64,000 nucleotides of DNA from Candidatus Nanoarchaeia archaeon (GCA_028713045.1 JAQTOY010000001.1:1523-65522); one strand, 5' to 3'. Shown: positions 9,624 through 19,353, counted from the first letter of the stretch. Numbers and translations are program-made. The notes: a model not told the origin generated them from the letters alone.

Positions 9624-11651
9624 ATGACTGATAAAAAAAAGAATACAGAAGAACTGATAATAGAAGCAAAATCCTTTTTTGAGGTTTATAAAAAAGAAAT
9701 AGGAGAAAGCAGAAGAAAAGGAAGAAGAGTGGTTTTTGTGAATTTTGATGATTTATCCTCTCATTCTCCTGTTTTAGCAGAAGCATTGATAAGCAGTCCT
9801 GAGGAGATAATGACAATTTTGGAGACTGCCTTGGAAGAGACTGGAATAGGATTGAAAAATACAAGAATTCGGTTTAACAATCTTCCAGAAACACAAAAAG
9901 TTAAAATTCGGACAATCAGGGCCCAGCATTTGAATCAGTTCATTTTTTTTGAAGGACTTGTGAGACAGGCATCTGATGTAAGGCCTCAAGTCATTAATGC
10001 AAAATTTGAATGTCCATCCTGCGGAACAGTTATTTCTGTTCTTCAGATTGAAAAGAAATTCAGGGAGCCAACTAGATGTTCATGCGGAAGGAAAGGACAG
10101 TTTAATCTGCTTAGCAAAACAATGGTTGATGCGCAAAGATTAGTTATAGAAGAATCTCCAGATGCTTTGATCGGAGGTGAACAGCCAAGAAGGATGAGTG
10201 TTTTTTTAAATGAGGATTTAGTTGAACCGGTTATGGAGGAAAAGACAACTCCTGGAAGCAAAGTCAGAATTTTGGGAATTCTTAAGGAAGTTCCTGTTCC
10301 TCTGCCTTCAGGTTCAATATCAACTAGATTTGATTTGGCTGTTGAGGCAAATAATCTTATTCCATTAGAATCAACCTATGAAGACCTTGAAATTTCAGAG
10401 GAGGATGAAAGACAGATTTTAGAGATTTCTCAAGATCCTGAGCTCTTCAAAAAATTAAGAGAAAGCATTGCTTCAAGCATATGGGGTTATGAAGAAATAA
10501 AAGAAGCCTTAGTATTGCAGATGTTTGGAGGAGTTAGAAAAATTTCTCCAGATGGAACTACTAGTAGGGGAGATATTCACTTATTTTTAATAGGTGATCC
10601 TGGAGTCGCTAAATCGGTTACGCTTAAATTTATTTCGTTGATTGCTCCGAGAGGAAGATACATAGTTGGAAAGGCTGCCACTGGGGCAGGAATCACTGCA
10701 ACAGTTGTGAAAGATGAATTCCTTAAGGGCTGGGCCTTGGAAGCAGGAGCAATGGTTTTAGCAAATAATGGAGTGGTCTGCATAGATGAGATTGAAAAAA
10801 TGGATGCTCAGGACAGGAGTGCGATGCACGAAGCTCTTGAACAGCAGACAGTAACAATCTCAAAGGCTAATGTTCAAGCATCTTTAAGTGCCAGAACCTC
10901 GGTTCTTGCAGCAGGAAATCCAAAATATGGAAGATTTGAACCAACACAATCAATAACTGAACAAATTGATCTTCCCCCCACTCTATTGAACAGGTTTGAC
11001 TTGATTTTTGTTTTAAGAGATTTGCCAAATAAAAATCAGGACAATGCAATAGCAACCCATGTTCTTAATATCCATCAAAGGAAGGATAAAAAACCTGAAA
11101 TTGAAAGAGAGTTGTTCAAAAAATATGTGGCTTATGCAAAACAGAAAATAGAACCGAAATTAACAGATGACGCTGTTGAAGAGATAAAAAATTTTTATGT
11201 AAAGCTTAGAAATCATCAAGCATCCGGAGATTCCCATTCAATTGCAATTTCAGCCAGGCAATTGCAGGGATTGGTGAGATTAGCAGAAGCCCATGCAAAG
11301 TCAAGATTATCTTTAACAGTTGAAAGGCAGGATGCACAAACCGCAATAAGATTAACTACTTATTATCTTATGCAGGTTGGTTATGACCCTGAAACAAAAA
11401 AATTTGACATTGACAGGTTTACTACAAGAATTTCTTCAAGTCAGAGAAATAAAATTCTCATGTTAAAAGAAACTCTTAAGAAAATGGAGGAAAGATTTGG
11501 AAAGCAGATTCCAATTGAGGATTTGAGAAAAGAGATTGGTGAAGAGATGACTGACCTGGAATTTGAAGAGGCGATTGAAAAATTAAAAGAAAAAGGTGAT
11601 TTATTCCAGCCCAAGCAGGGATTTCTTCAAGAAATTTCGGGAAGAGGTTAA
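9624..11651 (+). CDS. mcm: MCM replicative helicase
   Basis: zinc finger CPSC..CSC, GDPGVAKS, LEAGAMVLA, IDE, RFDL, ARQL, C-terminal winged helix. Confidence 0.97.
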   Translation: MTDKKKNTEELIIEAKSFFEVYKKEIGESRRKGRRVVFVNFDDLSSHSPVLAEALISSPEEIMTILETALEETGIGLKNTRIRFNNLPETQKVKIRTIRAQHLNQFIFFEGLVRQASDVRPQVINAKFECPSCGTVISVLQIEKKFREPTRCSCGRKGQFNLLSKTMVDAQRLVIEESPDALIGGEQPRRMSVFLNEDLVEPVMEEKTTPGSKVRILGILKEVPVPLPSGSISTRFDLAVEANNLIPLESTYEDLEISEEDERQILEISQDPELFKKLRESIASSIWGYEEIKEALVLQMFGGVRKISPDGTTSRGDIHLFLIGDPGVAKSVTLKFISLIAPRGRYIVGKAATGAGITATVVKDEFLKGWALEAGAMVLANNGVVCIDEIEKMDAQDRSAMHEALEQQTVTISKANVQASLSARTSVLAAGNPKYGRFEPTQSITEQIDLPPTLLNRFDLIFVLRDLPNKNQDNAIATHVLNIHQRKDKKPEIERELFKKYVAYAKQKIEPKLTDDAVEEIKNFYVKLRNHQASGDSHSIAISARQLQGLVRLAEAHAKSRLSLTVERQDAQTAIRLTTYYLMQVGYDPETKKFDIDRFTTRISSSQRNKILMLKETLKKMEERFGKQIPIEDLRKEIGEEMTDLEFEEAIEKLKEKGDLFQPKQGFLQEISGRG

Positions 11652-12023
11652 TTATTTTTTAAATGCTCCAATAATTCCAGTTATTATTATTCCTTCAAGG
11701 ATTCCCATCCATAAATAAATATCTGCGAAGAAAGAATAATTAAAGTTCATAAATAATGGAATTGTTATTATTGCATCTAAAATAACTCCAATTATTGCAA
11801 AAATTATTCCTACTAATAAGCCTTTTGCGAATCCTCCCTTGACTTTTCCTCTAAAATAAACAAAAGCAACAATTAATGCAAGTATCCCTGTTAAAATGTA
11901 ATGGAGAATATAATAATTAACACTCGAAGCGCTTAATTTAAATCCAAACATTAAAATACTTACTTCAAAAAATATTAACACCCATAATAATGCACCGCAT
12001 AATATTGCTCTTTTCCAATTCAT
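11652..12023 (-). CDS. 4-TM membrane protein
   Basis: hydrophobic 123-aa ORF. Confidence 0.7.
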   Translation of the reverse strand: MNWKRAILCGALLWVLIFFEVSILMFGFKLSASSVNYYILHYILTGILALIVAFVYFRGKVKGGFAKGLLVGIIFAIIGVILDAIITIPLFMNFNYSFFADIYLWMGILEGIIITGIIGAFKK

Positions 12024-12078
12024 TTGATAATAAGCTGAAAGAAGTATTTAAAGATTGTTAGAACCTAAACAATTTGTT

Positions 12079-13548
12079 TTATTTTTCTTCAGATTTCCTA
12101 GCATATTTTTCTTTCCATATTGGAAGGCTTTTGTCTGAAAGTTCTTTATCAAATTTTTTTAAGACTTTCTCATAATCTTTTGAAGTTAAAGCATATTTTG
12201 CAAATTTGTCTTCAGGTTTTGTTTTTTTAGTAACTATATTCTTTTTAAAATTAATAAAATGATCTCTAATGGCGCAAGGCATAAGCCAGTTGTCAGGATC
12301 ATGTTTTAAAAATCCATAATCCTTCTGCCATTTTCTTCCATTCACAAATAATTCTGAAAACAAACTATCTGTCAATTTTTTCCCTTCATTATATAACTGT
12401 ATTATATTATCTTCAAAAAATGGAACAAAGGTGCAGGGAGTTATATTGCCATTCCAATCAATGTACAAATATCCAGATCTTCTTCCAAAGGCAATACAGC
12501 CATCTGTCAGAACTCCAGAATTCCAAAAGTCGGCAATGCAATATTTTTTTTCTTCTAATAAATGTACCCATTTATTATAAAGTTCAATTCTTTGTTCAGG
12601 ATTTATCATGCAGTTTCTCATATCACATGCTTGCCCTATAGGCATTAGCTGAAACATCCACATATAGACCGCTCCTAGCTCATTAAAAACAAAATCGTAA
12701 AATTTATCATCCTTTAAAATATCAAAATTCTTTGAAGTTGCAGTTACTGAAATTCCAAATGGTACTCCTGCTTTTTTAAGATTCTTCACTGAATTTAGCA
12801 TTTTTTCATAAACACCTTTACCCCTTCTTTCATCAGTTTCTTTTTCATAACCCTCAATTGAAATAGCTGGAGTTACATTGCCAAGTTTTGCTAATTTTTT
12901 TGCAACTTCTTCTGTTATTAAAGTTCCATTTGTATAGAACAAAAAGAACATGTCATTATATTTCTCCCATAAATCAAATAAAGTTTTTCCATTGCTGTTG
13001 TACATTAATGGTTCCCCTCCAGTGATTGTCATAAATCTTGAGCCCCATTCATCATGTATCTCACCAGCGATTTTGTCAATAATGTCATAGGGCAGAGTTG
13101 GAGCATTATACTTTGAAGAAGCATAACATCCCTTACAGGTTAAATTACATTTTTGAGTAGGTCCCAAAACAATAAACGCAGGAGGCATGTCTCCATATTT
13201 TTTTTTGAACTCATTGCATGTGGACATTAATTCTTCCGAATGAATAAGATTTTTTCCTAGAGTCTTGAAAGCTTTTTTAGCTACCTCAGGAGAAATAAAT
13301 CCTTTTTTTAAAGTTCTGTCAACAGAATCCAATAGGGAATTTATAAATCGATATTTTTTAATTTGGACTTCTCTAGGCGATCCAAATGGATTTTTCAGTA
13401 CTAAGTACTCATAAAAACTCTTTTTAACTTTATCAAAAAATAATTTTCTTAAAAGAGGATAATTAAGACAGGTAGTTATTATTTTAAATCCTGCTTCTTC
13501 TTTTAAGTTCTTTTTATTTTCTTTGTTAAGCAAAATTTCTGATTGCAT
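12079..13548 (-). CDS. radical SAM protein (SPASM/twitch-like C-terminus)
   Basis: CNLTCKGC, TGGEP, YTNGT, GCIAFG..YIDWNGNITPC. Confidence 0.9.
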   Translation of the reverse strand: MQSEILLNKENKKNLKEEAGFKIITTCLNYPLLRKLFFDKVKKSFYEYLVLKNPFGSPREVQIKKYRFINSLLDSVDRTLKKGFISPEVAKKAFKTLGKNLIHSEELMSTCNEFKKKYGDMPPAFIVLGPTQKCNLTCKGCYASSKYNAPTLPYDIIDKIAGEIHDEWGSRFMTITGGEPLMYNSNGKTLFDLWEKYNDMFFLFYTNGTLITEEVAKKLAKLGNVTPAISIEGYEKETDERRGKGVYEKMLNSVKNLKKAGVPFGISVTATSKNFDILKDDKFYDFVFNELGAVYMWMFQLMPIGQACDMRNCMINPEQRIELYNKWVHLLEEKKYCIADFWNSGVLTDGCIAFGRRSGYLYIDWNGNITPCTFVPFFEDNIIQLYNEGKKLTDSLFSELFVNGRKWQKDYGFLKHDPDNWLMPCAIRDHFINFKKNIVTKKTKPEDKFAKYALTSKDYEKVLKKFDKELSDKSLPIWKEKYARKSEEK

Positions 13549-13813
13549 CTTACTATTTATAAATAAAATCCTTTTTTAAAGGTTTTTGATTAAACAGTAT
13601 ATACTTTCAATCGAACCCTTCCTGATATCATTAATATCAAAAATTTCTTGAGGTATCTGTTGCCTAAAGACCGAATTTTTAGCTATCTAAACATTTAAAA
13701 CCTTAAAATTATTTTTTTAAATAATTTTAGTGATAGAAAATATAGTATATTTTCTGTAACTACAAAATTTTTAAACCCTGTTAAGTTTTGTAGGATATAA
13801 AAGAGGTAAAAAA

Positions 13814-14449
13814 ATGCCGGAACAGAAAAAGAGAGAAACTGCCCATAAATTGAGAATCCTTGATTTATTGAAAGCGAATCAGATTTTTGAAGAGAATGAA
13901 AATCTTGATAAAAGATTGAAGCATGTTGAATTGGGAAATCGAAAGATAATTCGTGTAAACATAATCGCGAATGTAATTGACAAATATCAAAGTGAAGGGG
14001 AAAAAAGATTTGCAACAATAACCCTTGATGATGGAAGCGGGCAGATAAGGGCAAGGGTTTTTGCAGATGATGTTTTGCTTTTCTCTGATTTAGTTCAGGG
14101 GGATACTATTTTGGTTATAGGGTTTGTAAGATTTTTTAATCAGGAATTGTATATACTTCCAGAATTAATAAAAAAACAAAATCCAAAATATCTCTTGATA
14201 AGAAAATTAGAGATAGAAAAATCTTTTCAGCCAATACTTACAGATACCAAGAAAAAAGAAATTAGAGCATTGAGGGACGAATTAATAATAATGATAAAAG
14301 AAGCAGAGGCAAAAGAAGGCATTGATAAAGAAGAGATAATAACCAAACTAAAATCTCCCCCTCAATTAATAACCCAGGAAATCCAGAAACTTCTTGAGGA
14401 TGGAGTGATTTATGAGCCAAAACCTGGAAGAGTCAGGTATTTAGGGTGA
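13814..14449 (+). CDS. RPA2-like OB-fold + winged-helix ssDNA-binding protein
   Basis: RVNIIA..LDDGSGQI OB fold; LLEDGVIYEPKPG wing. Confidence 0.85.
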   Translation: MPEQKKRETAHKLRILDLLKANQIFEENENLDKRLKHVELGNRKIIRVNIIANVIDKYQSEGEKRFATITLDDGSGQIRARVFADDVLLFSDLVQGDTILVIGFVRFFNQELYILPELIKKQNPKYLLIRKLEIEKSFQPILTDTKKKEIRALRDELIIMIKEAEAKEGIDKEEIITKLKSPPQLITQEIQKLLEDGVIYEPKPGRVRYLG

Positions 14450-14639
14450 AAAAGATTAGGTAATTGATCCATTTTTGTACAAAATGAAAATTCATAAATC
14501 ACTTTAACTACCTCTTTACTTATTATAAACACCAAAACAATTACTTGTAATTGTTGAACTAATTTATAACCTTAATAATTTTAAGGGTTATGGGACAATT
14601 AAGCAAAAAAGTTGGTGTAGATTTACACTATCTCCAAAT

Positions 14640-15854
14640 TCAAAATAATTTCATTTGACCTTTTCCAAATTTTTTTCCTGAACCATAAGCTCTTACTTTT
14701 ACTCCTTCAAGTTTTACTAATTCATCTCTTGGAAAAGTTATTCTTGCATCTTCAATTGTACATTTATCACAATATTCTGTCTTTCCTATTCCTCCGCAAA
14801 ATCCAATTCCTTGTTCCATTAATCTTTGAAAATCCGGATGCAAATATTTTGGAATATAATGGGCCCCATATTTTTGGTAAAGAAGTCTTTCAGTTCCATC
14901 CTCACATAATGCTCCAGGACTCTGAAAATGATCCATTACTCTGCAACCTTGTGAAGCTCTTTGAATAGCGTACCAACCCATAGCATACAAGCGGTCTGCT
15001 GCATCGGGTTTATATGCTCTTAATGGAAGAATCCTAATGGGTATTCCAGTTTTTTTACGGGAATTTAATGCTTGATCTAATGCAGATCCATGCTCTAAAT
15101 TTGATTCTATAGATTGAGCAACATCGCAAGTGACTGTCAAACAAGTATTGATTCCCTTTTTGTAAAATCGTTCTGCTTGGTTAATTCTCCATTGATTAGA
15201 AAACCCTTGAGAAACCGCTCCAGGTTCTGCATGATTATATCCGATACTGTATGAAAGAAGCCCAATAACCGGTTGAACATTTTCTGCAAGATCTTTTCCA
15301 GAAGGTATTTTCATTTGTTCCGCTAGATTTCCTACTGCAGGATTATTATCTCTAGCGAATCTTGCAGTTTCTTTTGCGCCTTCTATTCCAAAAGGCAACA
15401 TTTTTGTTGTTATAATAACTCTTGAAGAAAATTCTTTACAAAGACCAAGAAAATCCATTAAAGTTCCATAATAATAGGGATGTCCGGGATCTGTTGAAAC
15501 TCCTATTCTTATTATTGCAGGATAACCGTTGTCTGCAAAACTTTTCCTTGTTTTTTTATTTACTACCTTTGGTCGGGTATTGCCTTCAACAGTAGTTGCA
15601 TAACAATAAATGCATTTTTGTCCTAATAATCCCTGATTCGCATATTTTTTTAGGTTCCCTTCAGCGTAATAACCGTTATTCCTAACCACTTCCTCTAGCA
15701 TTTCCACTGGGACCTGGGAAATGCAACCTCTTGCAAAATCAGTCGAATACCATATTAAACATACTTCTTCAACTGTCCCATTGTCTAATTGCCTTTGGAC
15801 GGTTCTTGCTTTTCCTCCATATCTTATTATAACAGATTCAATTCTTTTTTTCAT
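14640..15854 (-). CDS. spore-photoproduct-lyase-like radical SAM protein with split Cys motif
   Basis: DFARGC-x36-CIYCYA, RIGVSTDP, IITTK, EPGA; ATG at 15854. Confidence 0.6.
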   Translation of the reverse strand: MKKRIESVIIRYGGKARTVQRQLDNGTVEEVCLIWYSTDFARGCISQVPVEMLEEVVRNNGYYAEGNLKKYANQGLLGQKCIYCYATTVEGNTRPKVVNKKTRKSFADNGYPAIIRIGVSTDPGHPYYYGTLMDFLGLCKEFSSRVIITTKMLPFGIEGAKETARFARDNNPAVGNLAEQMKIPSGKDLAENVQPVIGLLSYSIGYNHAEPGAVSQGFSNQWRINQAERFYKKGINTCLTVTCDVAQSIESNLEHGSALDQALNSRKKTGIPIRILPLRAYKPDAADRLYAMGWYAIQRASQGCRVMDHFQSPGALCEDGTERLLYQKYGAHYIPKYLHPDFQRLMEQGIGFCGGIGKTEYCDKCTIEDARITFPRDELVKLEGVKVRAYGSGKKFGKGQMKLF

Positions 15855-15947
15855 TGTCAAATTAAATTGTGATTATTTTTTAGATTTAAAAAGAAATAGT
15901 TGTTTGATTATCATATTCTTTATATAACTTAATTTAATTCCTGAAGT

Positions 15948-16904
15948 ATGACTGCTGATAGAAAAAAATTTCAAGTGCTGATTAATGAAAAAAAAGCAAT
16001 AGAACTTTCACAAAGATTATTTCAGATGATGGATGAAAGAGTTCCGCCTTATGATAGAGAGGGAGTTTTTCCCGATGCTATTGTTCCAGAAGGCATGGAA
16101 ATCGGAGGTTTAGAGCATAGACTTTTTTTATTTTATTCAGGATCAATTGATGGAAGAACTTCTTCGCCGCAGGTTTATCAAGAATTAAGAGATTTAAGTG
16201 CCAACGCGGTTAATGGAATTCAATTGTTATTAAAAATTGTAGATCCTGAAACGATTAAATTAAAATTATATGGCCCTCTAGAAAGTTATTTATTACAATA
16301 TCTTCCAAAAACACTGGGGGCTTCGGAAGAAAGTGAAAGAATAGCTGAAGTTGCAGACAATATAAAATTTAATTCACGATTATTGCTCGAAAGATATTCT
16401 GGTGATCCTAAAAATATTCTTGTTCCAGATTCTGTTGAGGAGACTCATTTAAGATTATGCAGGTTTAAAGGAATAGGCAGACATAAAGGCGCATTGATTA
16501 TGAAAAACTATGTAAAATTTGGAGTCTGGCCTTTTAATGAATATGAAATTCCAATGAAAGTTGATAGGCATACTTTCAGAATACTCTATGGGACTGGAGT
16601 AATGGAAATCACTAGAGATGGAGAACCTCTTGAAGATGGTGAACAAATTTCAACAAAATTCTCTTTTGGTCCTGTGCAAGATCAATTACGAGGAATTACT
16701 TCTAGAAATAGAATTTCTGCAATAAAATTTAATGATGGTTTATGGAGTCTTGGTTCAAGATCATGCAGAAGAAATGATTATGTTTTTTGCCAGGTTAATT
16801 GTTATGTTGGCTGTTATTCAAGACCAAATACTCCTGAAAGTGTTAGTTATTTAATTGTAGGTTCTGATACAAGAAAGAATAGAATGCAAGGGGTTTTATT
16901 TTAA
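15948..16904 (+). CDS. HhH-GPD DNA glycosylase/lyase-like protein with C-terminal Cys cluster
   Basis: YSGDP, HhH FKGIGRHK, PMKVDRH, LWSLGSRSC..C..C..C. Confidence 0.75.
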   Translation: MTADRKKFQVLINEKKAIELSQRLFQMMDERVPPYDREGVFPDAIVPEGMEIGGLEHRLFLFYSGSIDGRTSSPQVYQELRDLSANAVNGIQLLLKIVDPETIKLKLYGPLESYLLQYLPKTLGASEESERIAEVADNIKFNSRLLLERYSGDPKNILVPDSVEETHLRLCRFKGIGRHKGALIMKNYVKFGVWPFNEYEIPMKVDRHTFRILYGTGVMEITRDGEPLEDGEQISTKFSFGPVQDQLRGITSRNRISAIKFNDGLWSLGSRSCRRNDYVFCQVNCYVGCYSRPNTPESVSYLIVGSDTRKNRMQGVLF

Positions 16905-16910
16905 GTCTAT

Positions 16911-16998
16911 AGTGAAAGTCATAAATATTTTACGTACTCTTATGACTTTCACTTGATAGCAAAGGCGCAACTCAGGAATTATCAGCGTCCTTTGCTAT
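16911..16998. repeat. twin inverted repeats between convergent genes
   Basis: AGTGAAAGTCATAA/TTATGACTTTCACT (14 bp perfect), TG spacer, then ATAGCAAAGG/CCTTTGCTAT. Confidence 0.85.
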
Positions 16999-17001
16999 AT
17001 T

Positions 17002-18087
17002 TTAAAACTCGGGTTGTTCGAAGGTTGCAGGATCAAAGGAAGTATCTTCTAGTTCTCCCAATCCTAATTTTGTTTGGAACAACCAGTCGTGAGCTAAGTT
17101 AAGATTATTTAAAAATTTCCTTTGTCCTTCTTCGGTCATTTCTACTTTTGTTATATCAAATCCTTTTACTGGGAAATTTCTATAAATCCCCATTGGTCTA
17201 CAAATTAAACTAGGTGGCCTGAATCTTTTAATTGTTAAATGTTCTAGTCCTAGAAATCTATATAATTCAGGATCGTAATCTTCTCCTAAGAGTTCTTCAA
17301 TTGTTCCTACTGGTTTAACTAACCTACTTCCATTTGTACGTCCACCATTTAAAAGGGTGTTTAATCGAGTTGAAATCTGAAATTCGTAGGCAGAGTCATA
17401 TCCGCATAATGAGGATTCCTGATCAAACTTTTTTTCTAGTCTAAGCAAGTGACTCCTTAGTAATCCGAATAGCAGGTTTATAGGGATTATCACTTCTGTC
17501 CTCACGTCTTGAGTTAGATTTTTTGTCAGACAACTATTATCACAATGATGTTTTCTTCCATTACGGCTTTTCCCATTTCGGTCACAGTGGTAACTGTCAT
17601 AATCTCTTCTTCTTTGTCCATAGGTGAATAATAAATAATTAACTCCTGGAGTCCAATCTCCAAATTCTATTCTTTCTAATAGTAATTGTGTGTGTCTTTT
17701 TAATTGTCTTAAGGGAATCCAATATTTACTTGATTTTGTTAAGCTAGCTTTACATTCTAAGTATACTACTCCTTGTTCATAAACTCTTACTGAATCTGGA
17801 TTAGAAGTAAAGCCATTAGTTTCTTCCCTAAGGTAATCTTTTGGGTTTAGATTAGGTAATTCTTTTCCTTGATAGTCCGGAGGAGAATATGTACAATCTC
17901 CTAAGGCAGTAAAGAAATTTGATAAGTTATCTTTTTTGGCTTTTGCTAAAGCTTCCTGTTAAGATCCTAACTGAAAGTTCGTCTTGGGTTTGTCTGGTAA
18001 CCTATTATATAATGGTCTAAATACTACAGAATCTTCAGATATTTGATTTAAACCTGGAATATTTCTTTGACATGTTCCTCTTTTCAT
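17002..18087 (-). pseudogene. PD-(D/E)xK nuclease-like gene with one in-frame TAA (17961-17959)
   Basis: manual translation from ATG 18087 stays in the frame of the 17002..17505 ORF with a single stop at codon 43; motifs LGS*QE, NPDS, YLECKAS, RQLKRH. Confidence 0.7.
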
Positions 18088-18195
18088 GAATCAATTATAA
18101 TTCTTGTTCTTAAAAAGAAATCGGATTCTGTAAAATATATTATGAAGATTTATTAAAAAGGGTTTGTCTTTCAAAATTATTAAAGATTATTCTTT

Positions 18196-18882
18196 TTAAG
18201 CTATTTTTCTTTTTAATCTTTCAATTGATCTGGTTCTTGCCCTTTCTATTTCAGCTTTTATTTCAGAACCAAACTCGGTTATTTCTCCAGGAGCTATAAC
18301 TACAATGTCTAGTCCTCCTGTGTACAAATCTTGGGAAGCTTTATCTAAGCTTGATTGTGCAAGATCAACAGCTTCTTCTAAACCTAGGTAATGAGGTATT
18401 AATTTTCCTTGTTTTGAAATATGTTCTAAAGCAAATTGTGAGCCAGAACCTATCGAAGTCCAATTTCTTTCTTCTACTTTTCCAAGGGGAAAACATGTGT
18501 ACAATTTAGGTCTGTTGTCAAAACGGGTTGCAACTAACAAACCATTGTATAATTCATTTTCAGGAACTTTTCCTCCCCATCTGCTTAAGGTTAAATTAGC
18601 TAATTCTGGAAAAAATTCTTTTTCAACGGCCTTTTGAAAATCAATCTGTCCTTTCAAAATTCCTGACAAGAAATCAATATAAGGTTGGTCATAGATTCCT
18701 GACATGCAAACCGCCAACTGTCTAGAATCATCTACATAAATTTTTTGTCCTTCAAGTTTTGTTTGTTGTCTATAAGCAACATCTCCTTGAGGACTCCAAA
18801 CTGTTTTTGTTTGACTTAAATCTGAGGCAAGAACAACTCCTTCCTTTACTTGTCCTGCCCTTATACCCACTAAAGTTGTCAT
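18196..18882 (-). CDS. proteasome beta / HslV-like Ntn hydrolase without propeptide
   Basis: M-TTLVGI..GVVLASD..KI..SG..SIGSGS..DLYTGG. Confidence 0.8.
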   Translation of the reverse strand: MTTLVGIRAGQVKEGVVLASDLSQTKTVWSPQGDVAYRQQTKLEGQKIYVDDSRQLAVCMSGIYDQPYIDFLSGILKGQIDFQKAVEKEFFPELANLTLSRWGGKVPENELYNGLLVATRFDNRPKLYTCFPLGKVEERNWTSIGSGSQFALEHISKQGKLIPHYLGLEEAVDLAQSSLDKASQDLYTGGLDIVVIAPGEITEFGSEIKAEIERARTRSIERLKRKIA

Positions 18883-18942
18883 GCATTTAGTTAAAATGAT
18901 TCATTTATAAATCTTTTTAAACCTCCTTTATCTTCTTTATTC

Positions 18943-19353
18943 ATGGAAACTTACGAACAGCTATTAAATCAAGCGCATGAAAAAATAAAACCTATCTCGC
19001 ATAGCGGAGAAAGGTTTGAAATACCTAAAATAGAGGGGCATTTGGAGGGAACCAAAACCGTCCTTAGCAATCTTCCGCAGATTGCTTCTTATTTGAGAAG
19101 GCCTGTTGATCATTTCTTTAAATTTTTACTAAAAGAGCTTGCAACACCCGGAACTTTCAAAAATAGCTTAGTGGTTCTTCAAAGAAAGATATCCTCACAA
19201 AAGATTAATGAAAAAATAGAGGAATATGCAAAAGAGTTTGTAATCTGCAAACAATGCGGAAAACCAGATACAGAAATAATCAAAGACAAGGGGTTTACTT
19301 TTATGCATTGTTTAGCATGCGGTGCGAAAAATTCAATCAGGGCTAAAGTATAG
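18943..19353 (+). CDS. eif2b: translation initiation factor 2 beta subunit
   Basis: ERFEIP, LLKELAT.G, VICKQCGKPDT, CLACGA. Confidence 0.96.
   Translation: METYEQLLNQAHEKIKPISHSGERFEIPKIEGHLEGTKTVLSNLPQIASYLRRPVDHFFKFLLKELATPGTFKNSLVVLQRKISSQKINEKIEEYAKEFVICKQCGKPDTEIIKDKGFTFMHCLACGAKNSIRAKV

Noticed and set aside
9624..11651. MCM motif variants (KSVT, IDEIEKM, NRFD) suggesting inactivity, or an intein
   Set aside because: Walker A Lys, Walker B DE and the Arg finger are intact; the length is normal with no intein
17959..17961. Alternative genetic code (TAA read as sense)
   Set aside because: TAA, TAG and TGA all end conserved genes at the expected positions (e.g. rpl15e TAA, tbp TAG, lig TGA)
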